The notes under the pieces were generated by a model that worked only from the letters and a program-made list of their open reading frames with translations, was not told the DNA's origin and made no database searches. Below, piece by piece: positions 12,802 through 27,000 of a stretch of DNA of 64,000 nucleotides. Position 1 is the stretch's first letter. Every line of letters starts with the position of its first letter. Source of the DNA: Octopus sinensis (Eukaryota); assembly GCF_006345805.1 (NCBI RefSeq), contig NC_043010.1, forward strand, positions 32,612,001-32,676,000, written 5' to 3'. The translations under genes were made by a program, and so were the position numbers.

Positions 12802-13090
12802 GTGGTGTGTCAATCAGTACTGGCTCAGCCATTATTACCAAGGTTCATCTGATGGAAGACGATGTATTTAACCAAAAAGCGACATTAGTCTGCGATAACT
12901 TAAAGTGAAAAGATCTATTAGATAGATAATTAGACAATTGTCCAGAGTCAAAGGATGAGGATGTTAAAGATGTATGTTGTGAGGGGACCTAAATTTATCA
13001 CCTTAGTGTGCTTCAGCACTGGGCAAAAGGTACAAGTAAGAATAGTAAAAGACAAACATACATACAGAAATGTACACATATATACACACA

Positions 13091-13231
<141 letters not shown>

Positions 13232-14026
13232 ATATATACTCAGTTGGACACAGACACACCCATGCACATTACATCTGTTTTTTCACCCCTTCATCATGGC
13301 TATATTTTATTCACAAATTTATTTCAGCTTCTTCATGACAGTTATTTCTTCTCCTTTTTGAATTTCAACCTTTTTCTAACCATCCTCTGGACATACAACT
13401 AAACTTTCCAGACCTTTTACTAGTATTGCGTAATTTATACCAGTTTCTTAAACATTTCTTCTCTTCACAAATTCATACATTTTCTCCCATTTTAAATTTA
13501 ACCTTAAACATTACCCTCTTTGGTGAAAAACATATTCACAATCCTATATATTTTGATGTATTGTTTGAAAACAAGAATATTTCTCCCAGACCAACGATGG
13601 CTAGAATATTTTCCACACACATACACTTGCGTACACAAACACACGCACACACATATGCACATGCATATTTTCCCTCATTTGCACAAGCTCTTACTTCCTC
13701 ACATACAAGCTTTCACACCACTCACCTAACAATTACATTCAATCACCAAGGCCACACCAATCCCACCTGGTACTTCCAAGTTTGCACACTTGCATACCAT
13801 TGTACACACACATACAACCTATACAACACACACATACAACTCCCTCTTATGCCCACTTCTAGACATAGATACACTTATACACTTTCACCTACATACCTGT
13901 CATTTCCTCCATTGTTAAATTCTCATAATTAAAAAATAATTCTCTCCTGGTTCCTAATCTCTCACCTGTTTTTTCTCTCTCTTTTTACTGATTATTTCTC
14001 CCTCTCCTTCTCTCCAATGCTTCTCT

Positions 14027-14062
14027 TTCTTCTGATGAAGGACTAAAGCTCGAAACATTAAA
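14027..14062 (+). ncRNA. Degenerate hammerhead-like core (Penelope-like-element terminal remnant)
   Basis: CTGATGA-A-GGAC TAAA GCTC-GAAAC-ATTA: both core boxes are intact, but stem II is imperfect. Confidence 0.35.
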
Positions 14063-14513
14063 TCACTTTCTCTTTCCATTAAAGTATTATGCTCTGATGA
14101 CATTCATCAACCTATGTTCTTCTTGTCTCAAAATACAGGTTAGCAAGCGATAACAGAAAACTCAAGTACTACAATTAGCTATTTTCTATTGAATTGCTGA
14201 CTTCAAAATTATAAAAACTGTGTGTTTATGTCTGTGAACACACACACGCATGTGCACATACACACACACACACAGTGCAAAACATATAAATAACACAGAG
14301 ATGTGATAAAAAACGAACAGAGTGTATTAGGTTTACACTTAGGAAAAATAGAACCTTAAATGATGATGTATGCATGTGTGTGTGTTTGTACATATATTTC
14401 CATTCATCTAACAATGGAAAATATTCCAGCCATCGTTGGTCTGGGAAAAATATTCTTGTTTTCAAACAATACATCAAAAGTTTTTTTGTTTTTCTTTTCT
14501 GTCTTTCTTGCAG

Positions 14514-14622
14514 AGATCTCCACCAATAAAAGCAAAACTAATATAATACCAATAGCAATTGCAGCACCAATTCTTGCACTCTCTGTGGTATTCTTAGCAA
14601 TTGTATTTCTCTACTACAGAAG
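14514..14622 (+). CDS. Internal coding exon encoding the transmembrane helix of a single-pass membrane protein
   Basis: Long pyrimidine tract ending ttcttgcag at the acceptor; donor AG|gtaggc; reads (E)ISTNKSKTN-IIPIAIAAPILALSVVFLAIVFLYY-R(R), a hydrophobic helix plus basic stop-transfer; 109 bp, phase 1 to 2. Confidence 0.85.
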
Positions 14623-14725
14623 GTAGGCAATATTTTTTTCTTTATATTTTTGTATCTTTTACTATTTTAAGTTGGTGTATCATTTTCTGTACAGTAATAT
14701 ATACCATTTATATAAAAGCATAATA

Positions 14726-14762
<37 letters not shown>

Positions 14763-14769
14763 GTTCTTG

Positions 14770-16003
14770 ATTTAAGCAGGAAACCAACAATATTGAGGGA
14801 AGGGGGTTAGTCAGTACTATTGACCCTAGTACTTCACTGTTACTTTATTTTATCAACTCCAAAAAGATGAAAGGCAAGTTGATCTCAACAGAATTTGAAC
14901 CAGGCTATAGGAATACAACAAATACAACAGCATTTTTCTGGTTCTTTACCAACCCCAGATAGATGGATGGATGGTAAAGGTGACCCAGGCTGGATTTCAA
15001 CTCAGAAGAAATGTTGCAAGGCATTAAGGTATTTTCTCAATGCTCCAAATGAAACTGTCAATCCACCACCCTAGTACCAACAACAACAGTGATGATGTTT
15101 TCAAGTTTGGGCACAAGGCCAGCAATTTTAGGGAACAGGCCAAGTCAATTATATTAACTCTAGTTCTTGACTAATACTTTATTTTATTGACCCCTGAAGA
15201 ATGTAAAGTTTAGTTGACCTCAACAGGATTTGAAATTGGAAAGAAATTAAGCAACTAAACACAAGGTGTTTTGTTCATTTCTCTACAGATTCTTCCAGTC
15301 TTCCAGTCTTAATAATAATAATAATAACAACAACAACAATAAATGGTTTCAAATTTTGGCACAAGGCCAGCATGTTTGAGGGTGCAGAGAAGTTGATTAC
15401 ATCAACCCCAGTTCTCAACTGGTCCTTAGTTTATCAGCCCCAAAAGGATGAAAAGCAAAAATTGATCACGGTGTAATTTGAACTCAGAATGGAAAGATAA
15501 ACGAAATGCCACTAAGCATTTTGTCTGGCATACTAACAATTCTACTTGCTCACTATCCTTTAAAATTTTGGTACAAGGCTAGCAATTTCAGAGCAGAGAC
15601 CAAGTCAATTAAATCAACCCCAGTGCTCAACTTGTAAATATTCTATGGCCTCCACCCTCCCCTAAAAGGATGAAAGGTAAAGTCGACCTTAGTGGAATTT
15701 GAACTCAGAATGTAGAGACAGACAAAATGCAGCTAAGCATTTTGGCTTGTTGTGGTAATGATTCTGCAAGCTTGCCACCTTGCTTAATAATAACAAGAAG
15801 AATAGTAATCTTTTCTATTATAGGCATGTGCCCTAAAATTTTGTGGGAGAGGGCTCATCAATTACATCAACCCCAATATTTCAATTCGTACTTATTTTAT
15901 CAACCCTGAAAAGAAGAAAAGCAAAGCCAGCCTTGACAGAATTTGAATTCAAAACATAAAGATGGCAAAATGCCACCAAACATTTTGTCCAGTTTGCTGC
16001 CTT
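14770..16003 (-). mobile_element. Head-to-tail cluster of 5-6 tRNA-type SINEs (family A), all on the minus strand
   Basis: Repeated blocks ggcacaaggccagc...tacatcaaccccag...aaaggatgaaaggcaaagtcgacct...gaatttgaactcagaa at ~14770, 15100, 15345, 15563 and 15815. Confidence 0.85.
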
Positions 16004-16051
16004 ATAGTGATGATGATGATGATGATGACGATAATTATCATTATTATTACT

Positions 16052-16266
16052 CCGCTGAGCTGGCAGAAACGTTAGCACACCAGGCGAAATGCGTGGTCAT
16101 ATTTCATCTGTCGTTACGTTCGAAGTTCAAATTCCGCCGAGGGCAACTTTACCTTTCATCGTTTCGGGGTTGATTAAACAAGTACCAGTTATGCACTGGG
16201 TCGATATAATTGACTTAATCCGTTTGTCCCCTCTGTGTTTAGCCCCTTGTGGGTAGTAAAGAAATA
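16052..16266 (+). mobile_element. Young tRNA-type SINE (family A)
   Basis: A-box-like tggcagaaacg, B-box-like gttcaaattcc, CpGs retained, 3' end ccccttgtgggtagtaaagaaata. Confidence 0.85.
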
Positions 16267-16268
16267 TA

Positions 16269-16520
16269 TTATTACTCTGCCTTAGCGAAGGTAGAGGCAT
16301 TGTTTTCAGTCATGTTTGTATGTCTGTCTGTGGACAAGATATCTCAAAAATTGCTGGATGGATTCGGATGAAACATTCAAGGATGTTTGGCACCACAAAT
16401 TTTGGGATCATTCCAGTACCAGACAAGGATTCTGGATTATTTTTCCTGTTTTTTTACTTAACTTTTGAAAGCGGTCAGGTTCATTTTTAGTATTTTTGTT
16501 TGTGAGAGCAGTCAAGTTTA
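16269..16520. mobile_element. Non-autonomous Helentron/HINE-like repeat
   Basis: ttattactctgccttagcgaagg...ttttcagtcatgtttgtatgtctgtctgtggacaagatatctcaaaaa resembles the common terminal and (GTCT)n architecture of such elements; recognised from memory only. Confidence 0.4.
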
Positions 16521-17139
16521 TTTCAGATATTCTCATTTAAAAAACGAGTGCTCTTGTTATTATAATAATGTTCCTTAAATAAATTTTGGTTCAAAATCAC
16601 AAATTTTGAAGAACAGTGTATAATCAGTTGAATGAAACAGTATAATACTGGTACTACTTTTACTAACCAAGGTGGATGAAAGGCAATGCAGATTCTGGCA
16701 GGATTTGCACTACTGTAAAAATTTCTGATTAGTAAACCAGATATTTTGGGGATGAGGGAACAGTCAATTATATCAACTTCAGTACTTGACAGGTTCTTTT
16801 TTTTTATTGACCCCTAAAATGTATAGCTGACTTTGACTGGATTTGAACTAAGAACATTCAAAGTTGGTACTAAATGTCACATGACATTTCATTGATGCTC
16901 TAACAATTCTGCCAATCCTCTACACTCACAATTTATTATTATCATCATCAACATGATGATCATCATCATCAGGGAGAAAAAAATAAGTACCAGTTAAGCA
17001 CTGGGGTCGATGCAGTACTATTTATTGAAGAGGTTGCAAGAAGCAACAAAGACCATTGAAGAGGTTGAAAGAAGCAACAAAACTTTTAGAAAAAATAAGT
17101 AAATTAGTGGAAATCAAACCAGTAAGTGTTGATTAATAA

Positions 17140-17225
17140 GGCATTATCATTGTTGTTATTATTACTATTATTGTTATTAGAAGTAGTAATGGTATTATTA
17201 TTGTTATTATCATTATTATTATTAT

Positions 17226-17283
<58 letters not shown>

Positions 17284-17389
17284 GGTGCTGCTGGTGGTGG
17301 TGGTGGTGTGGTGTGGTGGTGGTGGTGTGGTGTGGTGGTGGTGGTGTGGTGTGGTGGTGGTATTAGAGTTATTAACATTAGTATTAGTA

Positions 17390-17435
<46 letters not shown>
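17140..17435. repeat. Compound microsatellite (ATT)n(AGT)n(GGT)n(GTGTG)n(TG)n(TA)n
   Basis: Seen directly in the sequence. Confidence 0.95.
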
Positions 17436-17441
<6 letters not shown>

Positions 17442-17679
17442 CCCTATACACATATACAATGAGCTTCTGTCTGTTACCATTTACCAAATCTTCTCACAAG
17501 ACTTTAGTTGGTCCAAGACACTTACCCAAAGTGCCACACAGTAGGCATGAACCTGAAAACATATGGTCAGGAAGAAAACTTAATCACGCAGTCATACATA
17601 TGAATGTATATTCATTATGTCAACTCTTGGGCAACTAAAGATGAAACTCAAAGTATTAAGTCAATAATATAATAATGAA

Positions 17680-17890
17680 TTTCAAATTTCCGCACAAGGC
17701 TAGCAAGTTCAAATGAAGGGGTAAATCAGTTACATCGATCCCAGAGCTCAACTGGTACTCATTTTATCAACCCCAAAAGGATGAAAGGCAAAGTCAACCT
17801 TGGCAGAATTTGAACTCAGGACATAAAGACACATGAAATGCCACTAAGCCCTTTGCCCAGTATGCTAACCCTTCTGCCAGCTCGCTGCCT
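17680..17890 (-). mobile_element. tRNA-type SINE (family A)
   Basis: Same blocks as the 14770-16003 cluster. Confidence 0.8.
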
Positions 17891-19148
17891 AAAGTCAATG
17901 TATAATATAAACATATTTCTGCAACTGATTGAGTTCTATGTCAGATAGTGGTTGCACTGTGTAAAACACATTTTTTCTTTACAACTCTTATGTTACAATA
18001 CACACACGCACACACACACACACACATATGCATGCACACGTATAATGTCCAAATACACCACAGTGGTGGTGGTGGTGAGGAAGAGAAAAAAGACTATAAT
18101 TCCACCAATGGAGACCATCCTTAGATTACGTATTAACTATGTGAACATTGTTGATTCACTGCAGCTTTTTACTGCACTTGTTGCATCTCATTACTGTACC
18201 AAGTGCATCAGGTGCAACATAACTGCATTCAACAACTTCATCATGTCAGATAACTGTACTTCCTGCTTATTTCAACTGAAGTCTCCATTTTACAGTTTTG
18301 TCAATGGTTGTTGTTCAACACTAGGTCACTCCTAGATGAGATGATCTCTGATCAAAAGCATTCCGACTATGCACATTCCATGGCATCCTGTTTTTTGTTT
18401 ATTAGATGTTTTACATTTGCCTTTGTGATTGTCAAATATGATTTGAGAGATTTGGCTGCTATTTCAAGCTCCCTTTTTGGCTTGTTGTTCAACAGACATT
18501 CCATCCCCAGCTATCCAGTTTTCTTTTTTAATATATTGTATCCAGAACTACCTTATCTGGTCTGTTCTCCCATTTTAAGATATTAATTTGAAGGAGATTT
18601 GGCAGCTATGTCTAACAGAGAATGCAAATAACTGGGCTGAGGTTCCTACATTAGTTCATCTTTGTGGTTGTTGATGTTGTTGGTGGTGGTGGTGGTGGTT
18701 TTACTATTTAGCCCAAGTCAGTCCTGACAGGACAAAATTATGAATTGCCCGCTTCTAAGCTAGGTGATATTTCCCATGGCCAGACATGTTTTCATGGAAG
18801 ATTGGAAATGAACAACACCTTTTGTATGGCAGTGATGCTTGTGTACAACCACCGTGAGTCATTAAGAAAAAGGTACACAAACACACACATATCCATTTAC
18901 ACACACACACATAATATAAATTTCTTTCAGTTTCTGCCTACCAAATCTACTCACAAGACTTTGGTCAGCCCAGAGTTATAATAGAAAAGATATGACCAAA
19001 GTCCCACACAATGAGACTGAGCCCAATCAATATGATTGGAAAATAAGCTAAATTATTATGATATATTCATGTGAATGTATGTGTGTGTGTGTGTATTTGG
19101 CTTTGCAAACTTGGGAAACAAGAGATCAATACATAAAACAGAGTAGAC

Positions 19149-19958
<810 letters not shown>

Positions 19959-20099
19959 AAACAGGGTGTCTGGGTTAAGTTTGACAATTTTATATGTATC
20001 CTTTTTTTTTCAGGAACAGCTTGATATATTGGTAAACCATTAACAGCATTAGAGAGCATAGAGATTAAAGTTGTAGTTAAGAAAATGTTAATTGACACG

Positions 20100-20530
20100 G
20101 ACGATTCAAAGCCATTTGAGTATTGGAAAAAGAGCTACCTGTGTCACAAGGATTCATGCCAGGCATTAAAATGCCAACAGCTGCTCGGTGCTCTGTGAAC
20201 ATTGTAAAAGCTGTTAGACATGACATGGACAGCTGCAACAAAGACTACAAAACCATGGCCAGCAGGAGTGAACACAGCAAGCATTCTGATTGTGTCCACA
20301 ATAACTGATGAACAAGGCCTTAGGCTCAATTCAGACAGCTCTGTGAAGTTGTTGGAGATCATGGTCAAACCCTGCTGGAAGGTTATATGTGTGGTAGCAA
20401 GATTCAGCTATCCTACCATACCTCTAGAAAGAGTCAGCAGTAGTTGTCAGAAAATTTCTAAATTCACAATCCCTAATTGCTGGCCTGCTAATTCCCCTGA
20501 TGGTAGCTGCTTTGATTAAACTGTTAACTC
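20100..20530 (+). mobile_element. Decayed Tc1/mariner-superfamily transposase fragment
   Basis: Reads TKTTKP..AGV..LRLNSDSSVKLLEIMVKPCW...NCWPANSPDGSCFD, matching the WPPNSPDxNPxD third catalytic motif region. Confidence 0.7.
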
Positions 20531-20682
20531 CCAGCCATAATCTAGTTGATATTTTAGTATTCGTTTAAAATAATTTTATTTTTGAATGAGATGTATTTTC
20601 TTTATCTTTTATGCAAACTGTCAAATTTAGCTGCTCAAACATGCTATATATATATATATATATATATATATTTAATAATTAT

Positions 20683-21110
20683 TAGTTGAGGGAATAAAAT
20701 CCAAACTTACAAGGAAAAAGAATTCAATTTAGAAATACTAAATCAAATTCCACACAATATAATAAATATATAAAAAATATTAGAAAAAACCACCTTTTAT
20801 CAATTCAAAATGAATAATTAAATTACACCATCTAGAAAATTACATATAATAGAAAAGTTAAAATTAAAATAACAATAAAAAGTAAAGATTAAGTAACTTA
20901 CAAAAATAATAAAAGTGTATATAGTAGGTATATATTTTTCTACCTATTATATACATTTTTATTATTTTTGTAATTTACTTAATCTTTACTTTTTATTGTT
21001 ATTTTAATTTTAACTTTTCTATTATATGTAATTTTCTAGATGGTGTAATTTAATTATTCATTTTGAATTGATAAGAGGTGTTTTTTTTCTAATATTTTTT
21101 ATTTATATAT
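20683..21110. mobile_element. AT-rich foldback element, family 1 copy B (near-perfect ~170-bp arms)
   Basis: 20770-20935 and 20945-21105 are reverse complements; flanked by (TA)n; homologous to 5402-5812. Confidence 0.85.
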
Positions 21111-24100
21111 ATATATATCATCATCATCATCATCATTTTTATTAAGATGATGAGCTGACAGAATCCTTAGCATATCAGTCAAAATGCTAAGTGATAGTTC
21201 TTCTGGCTCTTTATGTTCTAAGCTCCAATTCCACTAAGGTTGACTGCCTTTTATCCCCTCAAGGATCAATAAAATAAGTACCTATTGAGCACTGGAATCA
21301 ATGTAATCAACTTCTTCCTACCCTCAAATTCACTGGCTTTATGCCAAAATTAGAAGAAATTATTATTTGCTGGAGACTTACAGTAGGGTTTTATTAGCAA
21401 TGCCCTTATCAAGTTTGATAAGGGCATTTGCACAAAACTCCAAACCAGGAACTGTGTGGTTGCAAAGTTAAATTCTTAATCACATAGCAATTGACTTCTG
21501 TTTTCCCATTTTTGCTTCTCTGATGTGAGCTTGAGTTAGGTTTTTGTTTGTTTTTGAGCAAATTCACTTCATTTAATCAGGTAATGCCTTCTAAATTTAT
21601 AAACATCTAAAACACTATATCTGTTTTTCCTAATCTTTTTCTCATCTCTCTCTGCCCAACATATTTATGCATGTTTCATGCCTTAATCTCTCTTGTATGT
21701 TTCCATCTATCTTCATTTGTTATGCACATGTTGTTGTTGTTCAGTCCAAGATAAACCCCATTAAAGTAGACCCATGGCATAAGGTGTAAGAAGTGAACTG
21801 AAGGATTAAATGTAATCCAAAAAAACATCGTTCTAGCCCTACTATGCTTTCACCTGGGAGTCAACTGTATTGCATATTCCTGTATGTAATACTTAATCCA
21901 CTGAGGTGTGCTGTTGTGAGCTGAGATAGTGGGTGTGGTGGGTAAATGAAGTAATGAACTGCGTGTAGGGCTCCTTCCTTTTCTTACTAGAAGCAGGTAT
22001 CAGGAGTATGTTGAAAAAGAGTGCAACAAGCTAGGGAAAAACAAAAATCACTTCCATAGAGTAAACTTCCGTTCAGTTTCATTTTTGCAGTGTAACCTTA
22101 ACTGCTCTCTCTTGCAATTAAGGTAAGGATGAATTGTTTTCTCTCTGTTTGCCTTATCCCAGCTATGTGAGGTGCAGAGTGGAAGACTTGTTATATACTC
22201 TTTCCATTGTCCATTTGAAGCTTGGCTGTGTTACAGACTCTTTCCAGGGATCAGTGAACAATCATGAAAAAGGACTTCTTTGTCTTCTTGCATGTCACTG
22301 AATTTTAGGCATCTAATCAAATGTATAACAATTAAGTTAAAGTTTCATATGTGATAAGTGCACTGAATATTCTACTGCTCATTCAATTCTCAGTAAATAA
22401 GATTCATAAACACTCGTTGATTTGTATGTGCATAATTCAACTTCCTAATTATCCTTCCCTAATAAGTCACTCTTTTATTATGTTTATTTTTCAGACTATT
22501 AAGTTCATGTTTAATACTTATGCCTACCCTTTGTTTTGAACATTAGTCCTGTAGATCTCTTCATATATCTTTCACTTGTTTCAGTCATTGGACTGCAGCC
22601 ATGCTATGGTACTGCCTTGAAGGGTTTCATCAAACAAATTGACCCCAGTACTTATTTTTGAAGTCTGGTACTTATTCTGTCAGTCTCTTTTGATGTGTCT
22701 AGTGGTGGTGGGGAACAAAGACAAACACACCCACACACATGTGATGGGCTTCCATACAATTTCCATTTACCAAATTCACTCACGAGGCATTATTCAGCCT
22801 ATGGGTTATGGCAGAAGACACTTACCCAAGGTGCCATACTATGGGACTGAACCCAAAATCATGAGGTTGTAAAGCAAGCTTCTTAACTACTCAGCTATAC
22901 CTGTACTTATATAGATATTATCTTTAATTCATAAATAAAATTTTTTAGTTCAAACCCTCCTGTACTAAATATTTCAAGCAGAAATATGGACATGATGGCA
23001 GTAAGAGATTAATTTGTTTGAAACACATTGTAGGTGGAATTATTAAAGCATTCTCAGCTCTCTTTAGAGGCTAAATAGTTTCAAAATAATTAATATTTTA
23101 TTTACAGTAACTTAACTCCAATATTTAGATTTTCCATGAATTTATATTTCTGTGTTAAAGTTTTATGTGTAAGCGTGTATATGTGTCATGTGCAAACGTG
23201 TATGCATGACTGTGTGTGCATGTGATGGAACTATGCTTACAATTTTTCATCATAGTCATTGGATTCAACCTTGAAGTCTACACTTGGCTAGTTTGTTTAC
23301 TGTAGAAGAGAAACAGTAGTTCTGACAAAAGCAGCATAGTAAGAGAAGGATGAGGGGTGACCCACTCTAGGTGATACTTTTATATGGGAAGCACTTTTGG
23401 ATCTGCTGTATAAGCCTGCATAAGCTAGGGATTTAGGAAAGTAGTAAACTCAAGGACTGACCCAGACAACACTCACTGACTGTGCCACTGTCTGGTAATT
23501 TATGTTATCTCATCTCATCTTCTTTGCCCACTTAATCCTAGGAGGGTTGTGGGAGCAAAGTCCTCAAACACACCTTCCATTGGATCCTGTTACAACTGAT
23601 CCAAGCTGGATGCCCAACTGAGCTCATGGATGTTTTCCAACCATCTTGCTCATGGTCAACCCCTGAGTCTCCTATATTATAAATATACAAATTTGATAAA
23701 AACATACTGTTTCAACATAGTGCTAATGGCTGCTTACATTGAGTATCTTTACAGATGTAGGACTGAAAGGCTTCTATATGTCATTTGGCAATTTCCCATT
23801 ACTGTACAGCCAGTCAAGCTCTTTTAATACATTAAGCCCATAGAAAAATGCAATTAAACCAGTAAGAAAGTGCTTTATTTACTGTGATAACACCTTAATG
23901 TAAGGGATGAACATCACATTTACTCTTCCAGGAATAAATGTACCCTTGCTATCTTGCAGGATGAAACAGTTATGTGTCATGAGCTATGAATGTGTTTTTA
24001 AAATATTTAATGAGAAAAAAATATAACTATTTTGAATGGTTAAGAGAGGTTAGCAAGGTATATTCTTGCCTATATAAATATCTGTTATTACACTCACTTT

Positions 24101-24251
24101 CCTCTACATCTAATTTAACCATATCCAACAATTAATTGCAATATATTTATCTACATTCAGGGGATACTTTCACTATTTATCCATATTTAGTGGCTGATTT
24201 CCACTGATAACCTCAGCTGTTCTGATGTTGTTTTTTTATGTGTGTCTGTAG

Positions 24252-24412
24252 GAAATTTCACCGAGTGCAACGCTACTCATTCCTGCAAGCGAGAGATGCA
24301 GCAGACAGCTTGCTTGAAGATGATGAAGATGATCCACCCCTTGATCCTAATCCTAACTTCAGTCATATTGAAATGACTGAAGACCAAACCGACTCAGTTG
24401 AAGGAGGGGGAG
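24252..24412 (+). CDS. Coding exon for the cytoplasmic tail of the same single-pass membrane protein
   Basis: tgtctgtag| acceptor and G|gtagag donor; 161 bp, phase 2 to 1. Joins 14622 in frame (AG+G=Arg): (R)KFHRVQRYSFLQARDAADSLLEDDEDDPPLDPNPNFSHIEMTEDQTDSVEGGG. Confidence 0.85.
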
Positions 24413-24586
24413 GTAGAGTAAATTACTTTTTCCATCATTCTAAGCTTCTGTCAACCAATTTCATTTCGGTACCAAACACCAGGCTTATTTGTCCAGTTAT
24501 TTGTCTGCTTTCTTCTTTTATCTTTTGGTGAATTACCTTTTATTTGGTTGCTATCATCACTATCATTGGTATAATTATTACTATTA

Positions 24587-24800
24587 AAGCAGCAAGCTGG
24601 TAGAATCGTTAGCACACTGGGAAAAAATGCTTAGCAGTATTTTGTCTGTCCTTACATTCTGAGTTTGAATTCCACCAAGGTCGACCTTGCCTTTCATCCT
24701 TTTGGGATCAGTAAAATAAGTACCAATTGAGCACTGGGTTCGATGTAATCAATTAGCCCCCTCCCCAAAATTTTCAGGCCTTGTGCCTGTAATAGAAAGG
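24587..24800 (+). mobile_element. tRNA-type SINE (family A)
   Basis: gcagcaagctggtagaatcgttagcac...gagtttgaattcc...gcctttcatcc...ttgtgcctgtaatagaaagg followed by (att)n. Confidence 0.85.
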
Positions 24801-24944
24801 ATTATTATTATTATTATTATTATATTATTATTATTATTATTTTTATAATTATTATTATTATGTACCAGTCAAGTACTGGAGTCAATACAATTGACTAACT
24901 CCCTCTCTCAAAATCTCAGGCCTTATGCCTATAGTTGAAAGGAT

Positions 24945-25431
24945 GTCTTGGTATAAAAGATGGTATACAGCAAATATTCTGCTCAATACCACAGATTTGC
25001 AGGTCAGTTGTTTGACCTTAACCAGTTGACCATGTCCCTTAGTGGCTGACGATATATGCATCTCTGATCATGAGCAGAAGTAGTGGGGGAGCATCATAGC
25101 CATGTGTTGAGAGGAATTCTTAGGGGTTTGAATAATTCACCCTTGGAAATATGAGTGTTTCATTCAACATCCTTAAACAACCCTTATCCAGGGACCTTTT
25201 GAGCGGGATGGGCTACTCGACCAGAAGAAAATTCTAACTGGGCCCCACCTGCAAGGTCATGCACTGTTTATCTTGATATGAGATCACCATGTCATGCACA
25301 TATGGTTGTGATGCATGTACCTAGTGTACCCTTATCAGACAGGCAGTCATGATGGGTATACTGGGCTTCATATATTTTACACTAGTGTCACTTTGATGGC
25401 ATGCACTGCTCTCTCACTCAACAATAAAAAA

Positions 25432-25495
<64 letters not shown>
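24945..25495 (+). mobile_element. 3' UTR of an R4/Dong-type element with (AAT)n tail
   Basis: Near-identical to 37665-38219, which directly follows a Dong-like ORF end. Confidence 0.75.
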
Positions 25496-25499
<4 letters not shown>

Positions 25500-27000
25500 G
25501 TGGCAAACTAGCAGAATTATCTGTGTGTTGGACAAAATGCTTAATAGCATTTCATTCATCTTTACATTTTGAGTTCAAATTCCTTTGAGGTTGACTTTAA
25601 CTTTCATTCTTCCAGGGTCAATGAAATAAGTACCACTTGAATACTAGGATCAATATAATTATCTTGCCACCTCCCACCAAAATTCAGGCTTTGAGGATGT
25701 AGTAGGAAGGATTATTATTATTACCACAAAGCAAAGGATTGGCAGACTCTTAAGAGCATTGGAAAAATGCCCTGTGTATCTCTTTATTCAATCCCACTGA
25801 GATTAACTTTATTCCACTCTTTCAGTGTTGATAAATTAAAGTACTAGTCAAGTACTGAATTAAATGTAATCCCTTCCCTTCAAAATTAGAAATCCTTATT
25901 ATTATTATTAAATGAAGGCGGCGAGCTGGCAGACACATTAGCATGCTGGGCAAAATGCTTAGTGGTATTTTGTCTGTCTTTACGTTCTGAGTTCAAATTC
26001 CGCCGAGGTCAAGTTTGCCTTTCATTCTTTCGAGTTCGATAAAGTAAATACCAGCTGCGTACTGGGGCCGATCTAATCAACTGGCCCCCTCCCCTAAAAT
26101 TTTGGGTCTTGTGCCTAGGGTAGAAAAGATTATTATTATTAAATGCTTTCTACTGGCAAATTTGTCAAAAGGTATATAGCAAAAATGGTTAGAGTGAATG
26201 AAACTAATCTAAGCAGATGCTTGTTGATTGTGGAACAACATTTGGGAGCAGACTTGTGCGTTTGGTAGTCAGAATGGTCTTAGATCTATGGAATTCCTTC
26301 ACTGGTCCTAATTAGCAATGTTCCTGGACCAGTATTGATACATCATCCAGCTATTCATCATCCATCTGTTCGTATATACTGTATGCTTTTCATCTCATTT
26401 TGATTCGTTGTAATTTTTTTCTCTCCTGGTTTCTTCATATAAACCTCAATACAAATTGTAACAAGTTTCTCTTTACATTCTCAGCAAAGACCAAACTGGT
26501 ATTTTATCTCTTCAATTACAAAAATAAAGTACCAGTCAAACACTGGTGTTGATATAAATGACTATATTATTCTCTGGCAAAATCATTAGCACACTGGGCA
26601 AAATGTTTAGCAGCATTTCATCTGTCTTTACGTTCTGAGTTCAAATTCTGCCAAGGGTGACTTTGCCTTTCATCCTTTCTAGGTTGATAAAATAAGTACC
26701 AGTTGTACACTGGGTCATTGTAATCAGCTTCTCTCTCTCTAAAAATTGCTGGTCTTGTGCCAAAATTTGAAACCGTTAGTATTATTATTAAGGCAGCAAG
26801 CTGGCAGAGTCATTAGCACAAGAGACAAAATGCCTAACAGCATTTCTTCCAGTTCTTTACATTTGGAGCTCAAATCCTGTCAAAGCTGACTTTGCCTTTC
26901 ATCCTTCAGGGGGTCAATAAGTAGTCATAGTAGGGTCATGGTAATCATCTTGCCTGTTCCCCAAAATTTCAGGCCTCCCCTAAAATGTGCCAAAATTTGA
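25500..27000 (+). mobile_element. Cluster of at least 4 family A SINEs, all on the plus strand
   Basis: Copies at ~25500, 25917, 26570 and 26790, each with ctggcaga...gagttcaaatt...ctttcatcc...aagtaccag. Confidence 0.85.

Noticed and set aside
12934-12992. DNCPESKDEDVKDVCC, resembling part of an LDL-receptor class A repeat
   Set aside because: There is no pyrimidine tract before the AG, the cysteine spacing is incomplete, and a stop follows at 12990.
13426-13932. 168-aa ORF
   Set aside because: Low-complexity H/T/Y text arising from CA-rich repeat sequence; no recognisable domain.
17104-17638. Poly-T/N/V/L ORFs
   Set aside because: Products of trinucleotide microsatellites; there are no credible splice signals.
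21399-21428. Perfect 30-bp palindrome (aatgcccttatcaa-gt-ttgataagggcatt)
   Set aside because: Too short and isolated; such palindromes can arise by local template switching without any function.
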